Source of the DNA: Dehalococcoidia bacterium | Lineage (GTDB): Bacteria; Chloroflexota; Dehalococcoidia; Lucifugimonadales; GCA-2712585 | Direction: 5' to 3' | DNA: 64,000 nt | Assembly: GCA_965247585.1 (NCBI GenBank) | Contig: CBDFHC010000004.1 | Location: forward strand, 881,460 to 945,459 | Shown here: piece by piece, positions 18,770 to 28,175 of the stretch | Position numbering within the stretch: the stretch's first letter is position 1 | How the letters are laid out: every line of letters begins with the position of its first letter | The notes under the pieces: model-generated | Databases searched by the model: none | What the model was told of the DNA's origin: nothing | The model's input: only the letters and a program-made list of their open reading frames with translations | Position numbers and translations under genes: made by a program

Positions 18770-19198
18770 ATGGCAAAAAAAGTACGCGCCGTCATTAAGC
18801 TACAACTCCAAGCCGGGCAGGCCACGCCGGCGCCGCCGGTGGGCCCTGCCCTGGGACAACACGGGGTCAACATAATGGCCTTTGTGAAGGAGTATAACTC
18901 CCGGACCGCCAACCAGTCCGGCACCGTGGTTCCTGTCCACCTAACTGTATTTGAAGACCGCTCCTTCAGTTTCGTTCTACGAACGCCGCCGGCGTCGGAG
19001 CTGCTGCGGAAGGCTGCCGGAGTTGACAAGGGCTCCGGCCAGCCATTACAGGAGAAGATTGGGACCTTGAGCAGGTCCGCCCTTGAAGAGATAGCCAAAG
19101 AGAAGATGGCAGACTTAAACTCCGTATCCCTGGAAGGGGCGGTAAAGGTAATTGAGGGTACCGCCCGTAGCATGGGGATTAACGTTGCCGGGGAGTAA
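18770..19198 (+). CDS. rplK: 50S ribosomal protein L11
   Basis: 142 aa. [34 protein letters not shown] is canonical L11. Confidence 0.96.
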   Translation: MAKKVRAVIKLQLQAGQATPAPPVGPALGQHGVNIMAFVKEYNSRTANQSGTVVPVHLTVFEDRSFSFVLRTPPASELLRKAAGVDKGSGQPLQEKIGTLSRSALEEIAKEKMADLNSVSLEGAVKVIEGTARSMGINVAGE

Positions 19199-19915
19199 TT
19201 GGTGAAAAAACACGGTAAAAGATTCCAGGATTCCGCCAAGCTGGTAGACGCGAACAAGCTCTTTACCCTGGACGAGGCCACTAGCCTCATTGGCCAGATG
19301 AAGGGGACTAGGTTCGACGAATCGGTGGAGCTGCATCTGCGCACCAGCGCTGACCCACGGCACGCCGACCAGATGGTGCGGGGAGTCGCAATGCTGCCCC
19401 ATGGCCTGGGCAAGACGGTCCGGGTGCTGGTCTTTGCCGCCGGAGAGGACGCTGAGACGGCCCGCAACGCCGGTGCCGACTTTGTGGGGGACGACGACCT
19501 TATCAGCCAGATTGAGGGCGGCTGGGTGGAGTTCGACGTTGGGCTGGCCACCCCTGACATGATGGCTAAGATCGGACGCTTGGGACGGGTTTTGGGGCGC
19601 CGCGGCCTCATGCCCAACCCGCGCACGGGCACCATGGTGCAGGGCAGAGACCTGCCCCGTACCATTGAGGATGCCAAGATGGGCCGTGTAGAGTATCGCA
19701 TGGACCGCACGGCCATCATTCACATCCCCGTGGGCAAGGTAAGCTTCTCCAAGGAACAGCTTACCGAAAACATCGCCTCTCTAATGGATGCCATTAACAA
19801 GGCCCGGCCGTCAGGTGTAAAAGGCTCCTTCGTTCGTACGGCCTTCTTGACTACAACCATGGGACCCAGCATCAAGCTGGACGTTGCCGAGCTTCTTTCA
19901 GTTAAAGTAGAATAG
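19199..19915 (+). CDS. rplA: 50S ribosomal protein L1
   Basis: 238 aa, canonical L1 sequence. Start is TTG 19199 or GTG 19202, immediately after the rplK stop. Confidence 0.95.
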   Translation: MVKKHGKRFQDSAKLVDANKLFTLDEATSLIGQMKGTRFDESVELHLRTSADPRHADQMVRGVAMLPHGLGKTVRVLVFAAGEDAETARNAGADFVGDDDLISQIEGGWVEFDVGLATPDMMAKIGRLGRVLGRRGLMPNPRTGTMVQGRDLPRTIEDAKMGRVEYRMDRTAIIHIPVGKVSFSKEQLTENIASLMDAINKARPSGVKGSFVRTAFLTTTMGPSIKLDVAELLSVKVE

Positions 19916-20017
19916 CAACGGTCGCTCACGCTTAAGACAGCGGATCTCCCCCACCCGGGAGTTAAAGCATCGTCCGCCGAGGCGCTGAGGTACGCAAGGC
20001 TCTGAATAGAGCGTTAC

Positions 20018-20047
20018 GTCCCCGCGCTTAGGCGTGGGGACTTTTTA
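20018..20047 (+). terminator. hairpin + T-tract in the rplA-rplJ spacer (L10-leader attenuator/terminator candidate)
   Basis: GTCCCCGCGC-TTAG-GCGTGGGGAC (10 bp including one G-U pair) followed by TTTTT, 15 nt before the rplJ start region. Confidence 0.45.
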
Positions 20048-20062
20048 GTTAGGGGACTTAGA

Positions 20063-20623
20063 ATGCCAACGGAACGAAAAATACGGCAGGTGACGGAGCT
20101 CAAGGACCGGCTCTCCCGGTGCAGCATCGCGATAGCCACTACCGCCACAGGGCTTTCCGCCAACGACATGAACGAGCTGCGACGGCGGCTCCGGGCCCGG
20201 AACGTCGAGCTGCGGGTTGTCAAGAACACGTTGGCCTACATTGCCGCCGACGAGTCCGAGCTAGCTGAGTTGAAAGAGGTGGTCCAGGGTCCCACTGCGC
20301 TGGCGTTCGGCTATGGAGACCCGGTTGAAGTGGCCAGCGCGCTGGACGAATATATCCGGACGGTACGTTCGCCGCTGAAAATTCAAGGCGGGGTTTTAGA
20401 GCACCGGGTGCTCAGTGCGCAGGACATTGCCACATTGGCCACGCTGCCGACAAAAGAGGTGCTGTTGGGCCTCCTACTGGGCCAGATGCAGGCGCCCATT
20501 TCCCGTCTGCTGGGACAGATGCAGGCGCCCCTGGTTGGCCTGGTCACCGTACTTCAGGGCCCTCTGGGTGGGCTAAGCAATGTACTACAGCAAAGGGCCA
20601 TACAGCTTGAGCAGCAGGCGTGA
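20063..20623 (+). CDS. rplJ: 50S ribosomal protein L10
   Basis: 186 aa, with L10 N-terminal domain sequence and synteny. Confidence 0.95.
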   Translation: MPTERKIRQVTELKDRLSRCSIAIATTATGLSANDMNELRRRLRARNVELRVVKNTLAYIAADESELAELKEVVQGPTALAFGYGDPVEVASALDEYIRTVRSPLKIQGGVLEHRVLSAQDIATLATLPTKEVLLGLLLGQMQAPISRLLGQMQAPLVGLVTVLQGPLGGLSNVLQQRAIQLEQQA

Positions 20624-20667
20624 CCCGGCAGTCTTAATCTGTTTATAGAGATTCATCAGGAGGAGCA

Positions 20668-21051
20668 ATGGGTAAGGAAGAGATACTACAAGCCATCAAA
20701 GGGATGACCGTACTGGAGCTTTCGGAGCTGGTGAAGGAGCTGGAGGAGCAGTTCGGCGTATCCGCCGCCCCCGTGGCGGTGGCCGCCGCGCCTGCGGGTG
20801 GGGGAGCCCCCACCGCGGAAGCCCCCGCCGAGGAGGAGCAGACCGAGTTCACGGTGGTCTTGCAGGAGATCGGCCCCAATAAGATCAACGTCATCAAGGC
20901 TGTCCGGGAACTCACGTCTCTAGGCCTGAGGGAGGCAAAAGAGCTGGTGGAGAGCGCCCCCAAGGCTGTCAGAGAATCCGTGTCCAAGGATGAGGCCGCC
21001 GAGTCACAGAAGAAGCTAGTGGAAGTCGGGGCCACCGTAATTCTTCAGTAG
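20668..21051 (+). CDS. rplL: 50S ribosomal protein L7/L12
   Basis: 127 aa, with an Ala/Pro/Gly hinge and [24 protein letters not shown]. Confidence 0.96.
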   Translation: MGKEEILQAIKGMTVLELSELVKELEEQFGVSAAPVAVAAAPAGGGAPTAEAPAEEEQTEFTVVLQEIGPNKINVIKAVRELTSLGLREAKELVESAPKAVRESVSKDEAAESQKKLVEVGATVILQ

Positions 21052-21086
21052 GACCGCACCGCCTCCGGCGCAGAGGAGCGTTTTAG

Positions 21087-21371
21087 GTGAGCAAACGCAA
21101 AGACAGAGCGCGCTTTCAGGCGCAAAAAGAGCAGAACCCGGACTACACCGGCTTCAGAGGGCAGGGCCAGAGCAGCGGCGCCACCACTGAGGCCCCTCTG
21201 GAGAGCATAACCTGCTCCCGGTGTGGGCGACGGCGCAATGTTGCCGCCGGGGTGGTGTTGGAGCACCAGGACGATTACGTATGCGCTACTTGCCAGGAGG
21301 AATTGGACTCGGAAGCCGAGGGAAGCTCCGTTCCTGCTGACGAACAACCCGCAGACGAAGAAGCGGGATAG
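21087..21371 (+). CDS. hypothetical small protein with CxxC...CxxC (zinc-ribbon-like) and acidic tail
   Basis: 94-aa ORF with GTG start. Contains CSRCGRR...CATCQEE. No family recognised. Confidence 0.4.
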   Translation: MSKRKDRARFQAQKEQNPDYTGFRGQGQSSGATTEAPLESITCSRCGRRRNVAAGVVLEHQDDYVCATCQEELDSEAEGSSVPADEQPADEEAG

Positions 21372-21473
21372 CATCAAAGTCAGCGCATTGCCGTGATGCG
21401 GCGGTGGCCTCATACGGGCCAACCGCCGCGGCTGGCCCGTTAGTTTGGCGCCGGCCATCGCCAACCCAATGGC

Positions 21474-22868
21474 CTACAAGTCCGGCAGCCGGCCCTCCAC
21501 CGCCATAACATGGCGCAGGTCCTGACTAAAGTCGCGGCTTGGCCGCTGCCGTCGCTGCTCGTCAAGGCTCCGACGCATCGCGGCCAAATCGGCGTAGTGA
21601 AGTCCTCCAGAGCTGTGGCGGTCTGGGTCCAGGCCATACTTCTCCCAAATGTCCAGCGTCCTTGCCGCCACTTCCAGGTGCCATCCCGCGGTGGGCGTCT
21701 GATGTCCCTCCAACGGCGAGCCCGGGGTGGGCGCCCAGGGTATGGGAACGCCGTAATTGCCCCGCTTGGCCATCCACTCTACCCCCTCCCAATGCGACCC
21801 TTTGGGCTCCAGCCCCGCGATAAGCACGGAAGTCACGCCACCTTTGCCGAAGACCTCCACCGCATATTCCAACGCCTCAAGCCACCTGTCACGCGGACAC
21901 ACAGCCGCCTTGCCCGGCGCCATTCCCGGCCATAGACCCGGGCTCCAGACCTCCAGGTTGAACGCCACGCTTTCCCATCCCGCCTCGCGCAGCTCCCTTA
22001 TCCCCTCACGAGTGGCCGGCGGCACCAGCACCGCCTGGCTACCGGGGATGACGTCCACCCCCAACCTATCCTTCACCGCCCGGCCAACCTCTAGGATGTA
22101 CGGCACCTCGGCCCGGTCCGGCAGAACGCCGCCGGTTATCTGCATCTCAGTGCAGGATTCCCCGGTGTAAGCCGCTTCAGCCACCTCGCTGATCTCCTGC
22201 GGAGATGCCACAAAGTTGCGCTGATAGTGGCCGTGGTACAAGGGTTTCTCGGAGATAATGCCGCAGAAGAGGCACTCAGTGTTGTCAGAGAAGAATCTGC
22301 AGTAGGCATTGTACTCGAATAGCACCTGACGCTTGAGCCGGTGCGCACCGATGTTGCCCATGGGCACTCCGGTGGACGTTTCCCTGGAGTAGTATGCGGG
22401 ACGCCGTTCGAACTCCACCTGGAACAGCCTCAGCTCATCCAGGTGAAAATATAGCGTGCCCTTTTCGCGCCGCAGCACGAAGGGCGAGCTTGGATTGTGG
22501 GTTAAGGGGATATAGAAGCCGTGGGGTAGCTGAAGCGCGTGCGGCACCTGGCGGGCGCGGCGGTGACCGGCGCTGGGGTTGTAATGGTGCTGGCCCTGGT
22601 CCTCCTTCCACTGGCTCCCCACCCCTTCGTAGGCGGAATCATCCAACCTAACCCCGCTCATAAAGAGCCCACCCTTTATTAGGAAGACCTCCCCTTCGCC
22701 ATATACCCTCTCCGCCAAACCTGGACGGGAGAGCACCTTGCCCAGGTGCGGCAAAAGTAGGCCGTCACCACCCTCGCCGGGCAATGCCGACTTGAACTTC
22801 TTCTGAATGGGCCGGCCTAAGCGCCGCCGTATGCCGCTAACCAAAGCCATCGTCCTGCTCCTTGCCAT
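21474..22868 (-). CDS. radical-SAM-like protein with non-canonical Cys spacing (CX8CX2C)
   Basis: 464-aa ORF. YNAYCRFFSDNTECLFCGI (aromatic before the last Cys) and a downstream ITGGVLP (GGE-like) suggest a radical-SAM TIM barrel. The roughly 190-aa N-terminal domain is unrecognised. Confidence 0.5.
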   Translation of the reverse strand: MARSRTMALVSGIRRRLGRPIQKKFKSALPGEGGDGLLLPHLGKVLSRPGLAERVYGEGEVFLIKGGLFMSGVRLDDSAYEGVGSQWKEDQGQHHYNPSAGHRRARQVPHALQLPHGFYIPLTHNPSSPFVLRREKGTLYFHLDELRLFQVEFERRPAYYSRETSTGVPMGNIGAHRLKRQVLFEYNAYCRFFSDNTECLFCGIISEKPLYHGHYQRNFVASPQEISEVAEAAYTGESCTEMQITGGVLPDRAEVPYILEVGRAVKDRLGVDVIPGSQAVLVPPATREGIRELREAGWESVAFNLEVWSPGLWPGMAPGKAAVCPRDRWLEALEYAVEVFGKGGVTSVLIAGLEPKGSHWEGVEWMAKRGNYGVPIPWAPTPGSPLEGHQTPTAGWHLEVAARTLDIWEKYGLDPDRHSSGGLHYADLAAMRRSLDEQRRQRPSRDFSQDLRHVMAVEGRLPDL

Positions 22869-22993
22869 TCGGCAGTTCGGCGGGTCACGAACCTGTCGGG
22901 GCTAGCTGAGCCTAAACAGCAGTGGAAGGGGTTGCCCTCCGCGAAAGGGGACATGAATCCTCGGTGGAACCGCGGGCGGGTACACTGGGAGCC

Positions 22994-24358
22994 CTACCGG
23001 AAGTCCGGCAGCAGACTATCCAGGTGGTTGTACGCCACGTTCAACTGGGAGTCCCTACCCAGCAACAGGTCCTGCTCAGACAAAAGTGCTTCTACGTCCG
23101 GCTTAACACCCCGACCAGCCAGGGATGCTCCGGATGGAGTGAACCAGTTAGATACGGGAATATAGATGGCGGAACCGTTACTCAACTCAATATATACGTT
23201 GGAAGTCCCCAGGCCCATAGTGGGGACGCCGATTACCGTGGCGCCTCCGGTCCCTTGCAATGCGGCGGCGAACGCCTCCGCCGCCGCCTCTGTCCCTTCG
23301 TTAACCAGCACTACCATCGCCATCTCATCTGTCAGGACTCCCGCCTCTTCTATGCCTAGGTCCTGTCGCAGGTCCTGGCTGTCAACCTGGTAAATAAATG
23401 GGCCGGCAGGAAGGAATTCGCCAGCCACCTTTCGCGCCACCTCAAGTGATCCCCCCTGGTTGTTGCGCAAGTCAATGATCACTCCCAGGGTTTCTAGTTG
23501 GTTAAACCGCTCTAGGATATCCAGCACCTCGTCCGGAGTGCCATCCTTGAATTCCAGGATCCGCAAGTAAGCAACCGACCCCGGCAGCAGCGACATCTCT
23601 ACGGTTGGAATATCTATGGAGGCTCGAGTTATGTTGATCTCCCGGGGCTCATTTTCCGTCGGTCGTTGAATGATAAACGTAACCCTGGTCCCGGCGCCGC
23701 CCTTCACCTGCCGCGTGGCGTCTTCCAAGCTATTTCCGACCACCGACTGGCCGTTGACCTCAAGGATCACGTCTCCCCTAATCAACCCAGCCCTCTCGGC
23801 GGGACTGCCGCTCATAGGTGATATGACGGTCACCTGCCCGTTTTGGAGACCAATCACGGCGCCGATCCCCTCGTAGCTGCCAGAATCAGACTCCTTGGAC
23901 CGCTCATACGCTTCCGGATTCAAATAACCGCTAACCGGGTCTCCCAGGGATTCCATCATGCCGCGAAGTGCCGCTTCCGATAGCTGGCTGCTGTCAACCT
24001 CGGGCCACCTATTTCCCATTAAGGTCCAGGCGCGCCACAAGTCGTTGAGCTCTTCCGGCACCCTCTTAGGCGGCCTATCCACTACCTGGTCAAGCTGGGT
24101 GAGAAAGGGGTACGCGGGTTTTTCGGCGAAGTCCAGCATCCCATTGATGACACCGTCCATCACCAATTCGGCATCCAATGCCTTAGCACCAACGTATGAG
24201 TTGTTGACTGCACCCCAGGCCTCCCAGATGACCGCATCGTGGCTGGGCTCAGCAGATCCGGACTTGGCACACCCCGCCGCAATGACCAACACTGCCGCGG
24301 CGGCGAAGAAAATGGCGATGGTTCTTAGAGTAAGATTAGCAGCAGGAATTCTAATCAT
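22994..24358 (-). CDS. S41-family C-terminal processing peptidase with PDZ domain
   Basis: 454 aa. N-terminal signal/anchor, a PDZ domain (GIGAVIGLQNGQVTVISPMSGSPAERAGLIRGDVILEVNG), IDLRNNQGGSL, and TEAAAE in the catalytic region. Confidence 0.9.
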   Translation of the reverse strand: MIRIPAANLTLRTIAIFFAAAAVLVIAAGCAKSGSAEPSHDAVIWEAWGAVNNSYVGAKALDAELVMDGVINGMLDFAEKPAYPFLTQLDQVVDRPPKRVPEELNDLWRAWTLMGNRWPEVDSSQLSEAALRGMMESLGDPVSGYLNPEAYERSKESDSGSYEGIGAVIGLQNGQVTVISPMSGSPAERAGLIRGDVILEVNGQSVVGNSLEDATRQVKGGAGTRVTFIIQRPTENEPREINITRASIDIPTVEMSLLPGSVAYLRILEFKDGTPDEVLDILERFNQLETLGVIIDLRNNQGGSLEVARKVAGEFLPAGPFIYQVDSQDLRQDLGIEEAGVLTDEMAMVVLVNEGTEAAAEAFAAALQGTGGATVIGVPTMGLGTSNVYIELSNGSAIYIPVSNWFTPSGASLAGRGVKPDVEALLSEQDLLLGRDSQLNVAYNHLDSLLPDFR

Positions 24359-24456
24359 TGATGGCCTGAATCTTGAGCCTCATTAGGGTGGGCGGGCGCT
24401 TCGGAAAGAATACGTATTGTAGCATCCGCCGGATTTGATTTAAAATCAGGAGCAAC

Positions 24457-26193
24457 GTGGCTATGACCCCCAAATCTCAGATGAACCACCCCTTGCCAAC
24501 GCGCCAGAGGCTCCGGCTAACTTGGCTGCCCTTGCTGCTAACCGTCAGCATCCTGTCCGTGGTACTGGCCTGCACCACCACCAACAGCGGACCGGAGCCG
24601 GCGGCGACCGAGGCCGCCCCGGCGGCTGAGAGCACCCCCACCGCAGCCGCCGAGGCCACCGAGGAGCCCCGATCCACCAGTGGACCGGCTGAGGGCGGCG
24701 TCTTCCGAAGGGTCTTCACCAATCCCCCCACCCTGGACCCACACCTCACCACGGACGCCACGTCCGCCGCCATCATCATTGAGATCTTCGGCGGGCTGGT
24801 TACCATCAGCCCTGGGCTGAAGGTGGTACCGGACATCGCTAAGGAATGGGATGTCAGCGAAGACGGCCGAACATACACGTTCCATCTTAGGGAAGACGCT
24901 ACCTTCCACGACGGAAAACCCGTAACCGCCCAAGATTTTAAGTGGTCCCTGGAAAGGTCCGCGGACCCGGTCACCGGCTCCCTGGTGGTGGAACAATACC
25001 TGGGAGACATTGTGGGGGTAAAGGAGAAGCTGCGGGGCGAAGCCCGCGAGGTTGAGGGCATCAAAGTTATAGACGATCTGACCTTGCAGATCACCATAGA
25101 CGAGCCCAAGTCCTACTTCATATCCAAACTCACCTACCCCACTGCATTCGTGCTTGACAGGGAGAACGTGGAGACGGGCAATCGTTGGGCCAGGAACCCC
25201 AATGGAACGGGTCCGTTCAAACTGGGAAATTACGTGCCCGGCGAGCTTCTAACCCTTGAAAAGAATCCGGACTATCACCTGGGGCCGCCATTTCTAGACC
25301 GGGTGGAGTTGATATTAAGCGGCGGCACCGCCATGCTCATGTACGAGAACGATGAGATTGATTTCACCGGTGTGGGGCTGGCCGACATTGACCGGCTGGA
25401 GGACCCCAACGAGCCTCTTAGCGCCGAGCTCAGAAAGGCCCTTCCTTCCTTTAGCACCAACTACATTGGCATGAACACCTCCGAACCTCCCTTCGACGAC
25501 GTGAAGGTACGGCAGGCGCTGAACTACGCCATCAACAAGCAGGAGATAGCGTCTTTGGTGCTGGCGGACCTGGTCACGCCGGCCAAAGGCATCCTGCCGC
25601 CGGGGTTTCCGGCCTACAGCGAAGAGCTGCAGGGATTCCACTTCGACCCAGATAAGGCGCGTCAACTACTGAACGAATCCAGGTACGGAGGCGATCTGGA
25701 GACCTTCCCCCCAATTGTGCTCACCGTAACCGGCGGCTTTGGCGCCTCCGTGGGGCTGGACCTGGAGGTAATTCTGGAGTCCTGGCGCCAGGTACTGGGC
25801 ATTGAAATTGAGATCCAGCAGACGGAGTTCGCCACCTACTTGCAGGACCTGCACAAAAACCGTTTTCAGATGTTTGAGATCGGCTGGATCGCCGACTACC
25901 CTGACCCGGAGAACTTCCTTGACCTTCTGTTCTACAGCGACAGCGCCAACAACCAGACCCGCTATAACAACCCTGTGGTTGACGAACTGCTGCTGAAGGC
26001 CCGGACCGAAACGGACACCGAAATACGATACAGCATCTATCAAGAGGTGGAGGAGCTCATAGTAGCCGATGCCCCCTGGATTCCACTGTGGCACAGCGGC
26101 GAGCAGCGGGTGCTGATCAAGCCGTGGGTGGAAAACTACTATCTCACGCAACTGATAGTCCCTAAGCTCCGATTCGTCCAGCTTAACAAGTAG
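24457..26193 (+). CDS. ABC transporter substrate-binding protein, family 5 (peptide/nickel, DppA/OppA-like)
   Basis: 578 aa. Signal/TM segment with Cys (VVLACTTT) and a Thr/Ala/Glu-rich linker. SBP_bac_5-type sequence (FHDG.P.TA.DF..S). Confidence 0.9.
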   Translation: MAMTPKSQMNHPLPTRQRLRLTWLPLLLTVSILSVVLACTTTNSGPEPAATEAAPAAESTPTAAAEATEEPRSTSGPAEGGVFRRVFTNPPTLDPHLTTDATSAAIIIEIFGGLVTISPGLKVVPDIAKEWDVSEDGRTYTFHLREDATFHDGKPVTAQDFKWSLERSADPVTGSLVVEQYLGDIVGVKEKLRGEAREVEGIKVIDDLTLQITIDEPKSYFISKLTYPTAFVLDRENVETGNRWARNPNGTGPFKLGNYVPGELLTLEKNPDYHLGPPFLDRVELILSGGTAMLMYENDEIDFTGVGLADIDRLEDPNEPLSAELRKALPSFSTNYIGMNTSEPPFDDVKVRQALNYAINKQEIASLVLADLVTPAKGILPPGFPAYSEELQGFHFDPDKARQLLNESRYGGDLETFPPIVLTVTGGFGASVGLDLEVILESWRQVLGIEIEIQQTEFATYLQDLHKNRFQMFEIGWIADYPDPENFLDLLFYSDSANNQTRYNNPVVDELLLKARTETDTEIRYSIYQEVEELIVADAPWIPLWHSGEQRVLIKPWVENYYLTQLIVPKLRFVQLNK

Positions 26194-26208
26194 CCGCCGG
26201 GACGCCCG

Positions 26209-27138
26209 TTGGCGGCCTACATTATTCGACGCCTGGTCTGGACGCCGTTCCTTCTGTTGATCGTGGCCCTGATTACCTTCCTGCTGGGGAACTACGCCCC
26301 CGGCGACCCTATATCCATCCTCCAGGGCCAGTTCAATAACCCGGAGGCGGTGGAGCGCATTCAACACCAGCGCGGGCTGGACAAGAACATATTTGTCCAG
26401 TACGGAATTTACGTGAAGAACGTGGCCCAGGGTGATCTGGGTGAGAGCTTCAGGCACCGGGGCCAAAGCGTTTCAGAGCTCATAGGCAAGCGGATCTGGG
26501 TTTCTGCCCAGTTGGGCATAGCGGCATCTATAATAGCCATACTGTTGGGCGTGCCGTTGGGGGTCTTCGCCGCCCTCAAGCAGGGCACCTGGATAGACGT
26601 GACCACGGTCAGCGTGACCCTATTCTTCATGTCCCTGCCGGTGTTCATCACTGCGCCCTTCCTGCTGATGGCCTTCGGCCTTTGGCTGGGCATATTACCC
26701 ACCCATGGCTGGGGAGGGTTTTTTGACACCCGAATAATCATGCCGGCACTGGTGCTGGGAGTACCCGGCGTGGCCGGGCTTACCCGCATCACCCGTGCCA
26801 GCACCCTGGAGGTGCTCTCTCAGGACTACGTCCGCACCGCCAGGGCGAAGGGTCTCGGCGAGCTTGTAGTGCGGCGGCGCCACATCCTGCGCAACGCCCT
26901 GATTCCCGTCTTCACCATCATAGGGCTCTCACTGGCCGGGTTGGTGGAGGGCGCCTTCATCACAGAGCGATTTTTCGGCATCCCCGGAATCGGACTTCTG
27001 GCGATAGAGTCTTTCTTCTCCCGAGACTATCCCATCATCACTGCCCTGGGGCTCATAATCGCCGCCGCTTTCGTTATGGCCAACCTGATTGTGGATATCG
27101 GGTACCGGTTCATAGACCCACGGATACGGACCACGTAG
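26209..27138 (+). CDS. ABC transporter permease (DppB/OppB-like)
   Basis: 309 aa beginning YIIRRL...; EAA-loop region YVRTARAKGL. Confidence 0.9.
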   Translation: MAAYIIRRLVWTPFLLLIVALITFLLGNYAPGDPISILQGQFNNPEAVERIQHQRGLDKNIFVQYGIYVKNVAQGDLGESFRHRGQSVSELIGKRIWVSAQLGIAASIIAILLGVPLGVFAALKQGTWIDVTTVSVTLFFMSLPVFITAPFLLMAFGLWLGILPTHGWGGFFDTRIIMPALVLGVPGVAGLTRITRASTLEVLSQDYVRTARAKGLGELVVRRRHILRNALIPVFTIIGLSLAGLVEGAFITERFFGIPGIGLLAIESFFSRDYPIITALGLIIAAAFVMANLIVDIGYRFIDPRIRTT

Positions 27139-27238
27139 ACCCTTAGGCTGCAGGAATTCGACCATCGTTACGCTAAACCACGCTACCGCCGCTCTCACGC
27201 CGGGATCGGGCCGGGCCAGAAGCCTCTGGGCCCAGTCC

Positions 27239-28156
27239 ATGCGGCGCCTGTTTCGCAAAAAGATAGCCGTAGGGTGTATTACGGTGATCGCCGTCATGTA
27301 CCTTTCCGGCCTGGTGACCATCTTCACGTCTCCAACGCCCTACGGCTTCAACGAGCAGGACCTGCGGGCGGAGGCGACAAAGCAGGGCCCTAGCTGGGCC
27401 CATCCTTTCGGCACCGATAGGCTGGGCCGGGACATGTTAACCCGTGTTATCTACGGACTGCGCACGACCGTCATTATAACCATAGCCGCCATGGTCACCG
27501 GCGGCCTGTTCCTAGGCATCGGAATGGGGCTGATTTCCGGCTACTTCGGCCGCTGGGCGGACGCGATAATAATGCGCGTAGGGGAGGTGTTCCTGGCTTT
27601 CCCGGGACTGCTTCTTGTTATCCTGGTGGCGGCTACAGTCAGGCCAAGGGTGGCAGGCTGGATGAGGGGATGGGCCCCGGACTTCGAGAGCTTCACCGGC
27701 ATAAACATCATATCGCTGGGCATCGTGGACTACGTGGTGGTTTTCGGTTCGCTGGCGGCCTTCGGCTGGGTTGGCATGGCCAGGCTGGTGCGGGGCCAGG
27801 TCCTATACATCAAGCAGAGCCACTATGTGGAGGCAGCACGGGCCATGGGGGCATCAAACCGGCGCATTCTGCTGGCGCACATACTTCCCAACATCATCAG
27901 CCCAGTAATCGTAGTTGTATCCATGGGAATGGGGGCCACCGCCGGGTCAGAAATCGTCCTTAGCTGGCTGGGCATAGGTATCCAGCCCCCCACTCCCAGC
28001 CTTGGGGTCATGATCTTCGAAAATGGGAGCATTAGCGTGCTAAGAACGAACCCGCACCTGATACTCTTCCCTATCTTCACCATCACAGTGCTGATATTCG
28101 CCTTCAATCTGCTGGGGGACGCCGTGAACGATGCGCTGAACCCGCGGACCAGGTGA
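27239..28156 (+). CDS. ABC transporter permease (DppC/OppC-like)
   Basis: 305 aa, with YVEAARAMGASNRRILLAHILPN in the EAA-loop region. Confidence 0.9.
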   Translation: MRRLFRKKIAVGCITVIAVMYLSGLVTIFTSPTPYGFNEQDLRAEATKQGPSWAHPFGTDRLGRDMLTRVIYGLRTTVIITIAAMVTGGLFLGIGMGLISGYFGRWADAIIMRVGEVFLAFPGLLLVILVAATVRPRVAGWMRGWAPDFESFTGINIISLGIVDYVVVFGSLAAFGWVGMARLVRGQVLYIKQSHYVEAARAMGASNRRILLAHILPNIISPVIVVVSMGMGATAGSEIVLSWLGIGIQPPTPSLGVMIFENGSISVLRTNPHLILFPIFTITVLIFAFNLLGDAVNDALNPRTR

Positions 28157-28175
28157 GTGAGGCGAAACGCGGGGG

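Noticed and set aside
18763-19723. Long antisense ORFs (318 aa and 202 aa) opposite rplK/rplA, and similar ones opposite rplL (20643-21035), tuf (16642-17493) and many enzymes
   Set aside because: These are shadow ORFs typical of high-G+C DNA. Their sequences are Arg/Pro/Ser/Ala-rich and low in complexity, and they lie fully inside strongly supported genes on the other strand.
20477-20530. 21-bp direct repeat inside rplJ (LLGQMQAP twice, 33-nt spacing)
   Set aside because: It is in frame and lies in the C-terminal helix of L10, which naturally has quasi-repeated L7/L12-binding segments. It is probably normal family variation rather than a rearrangement.
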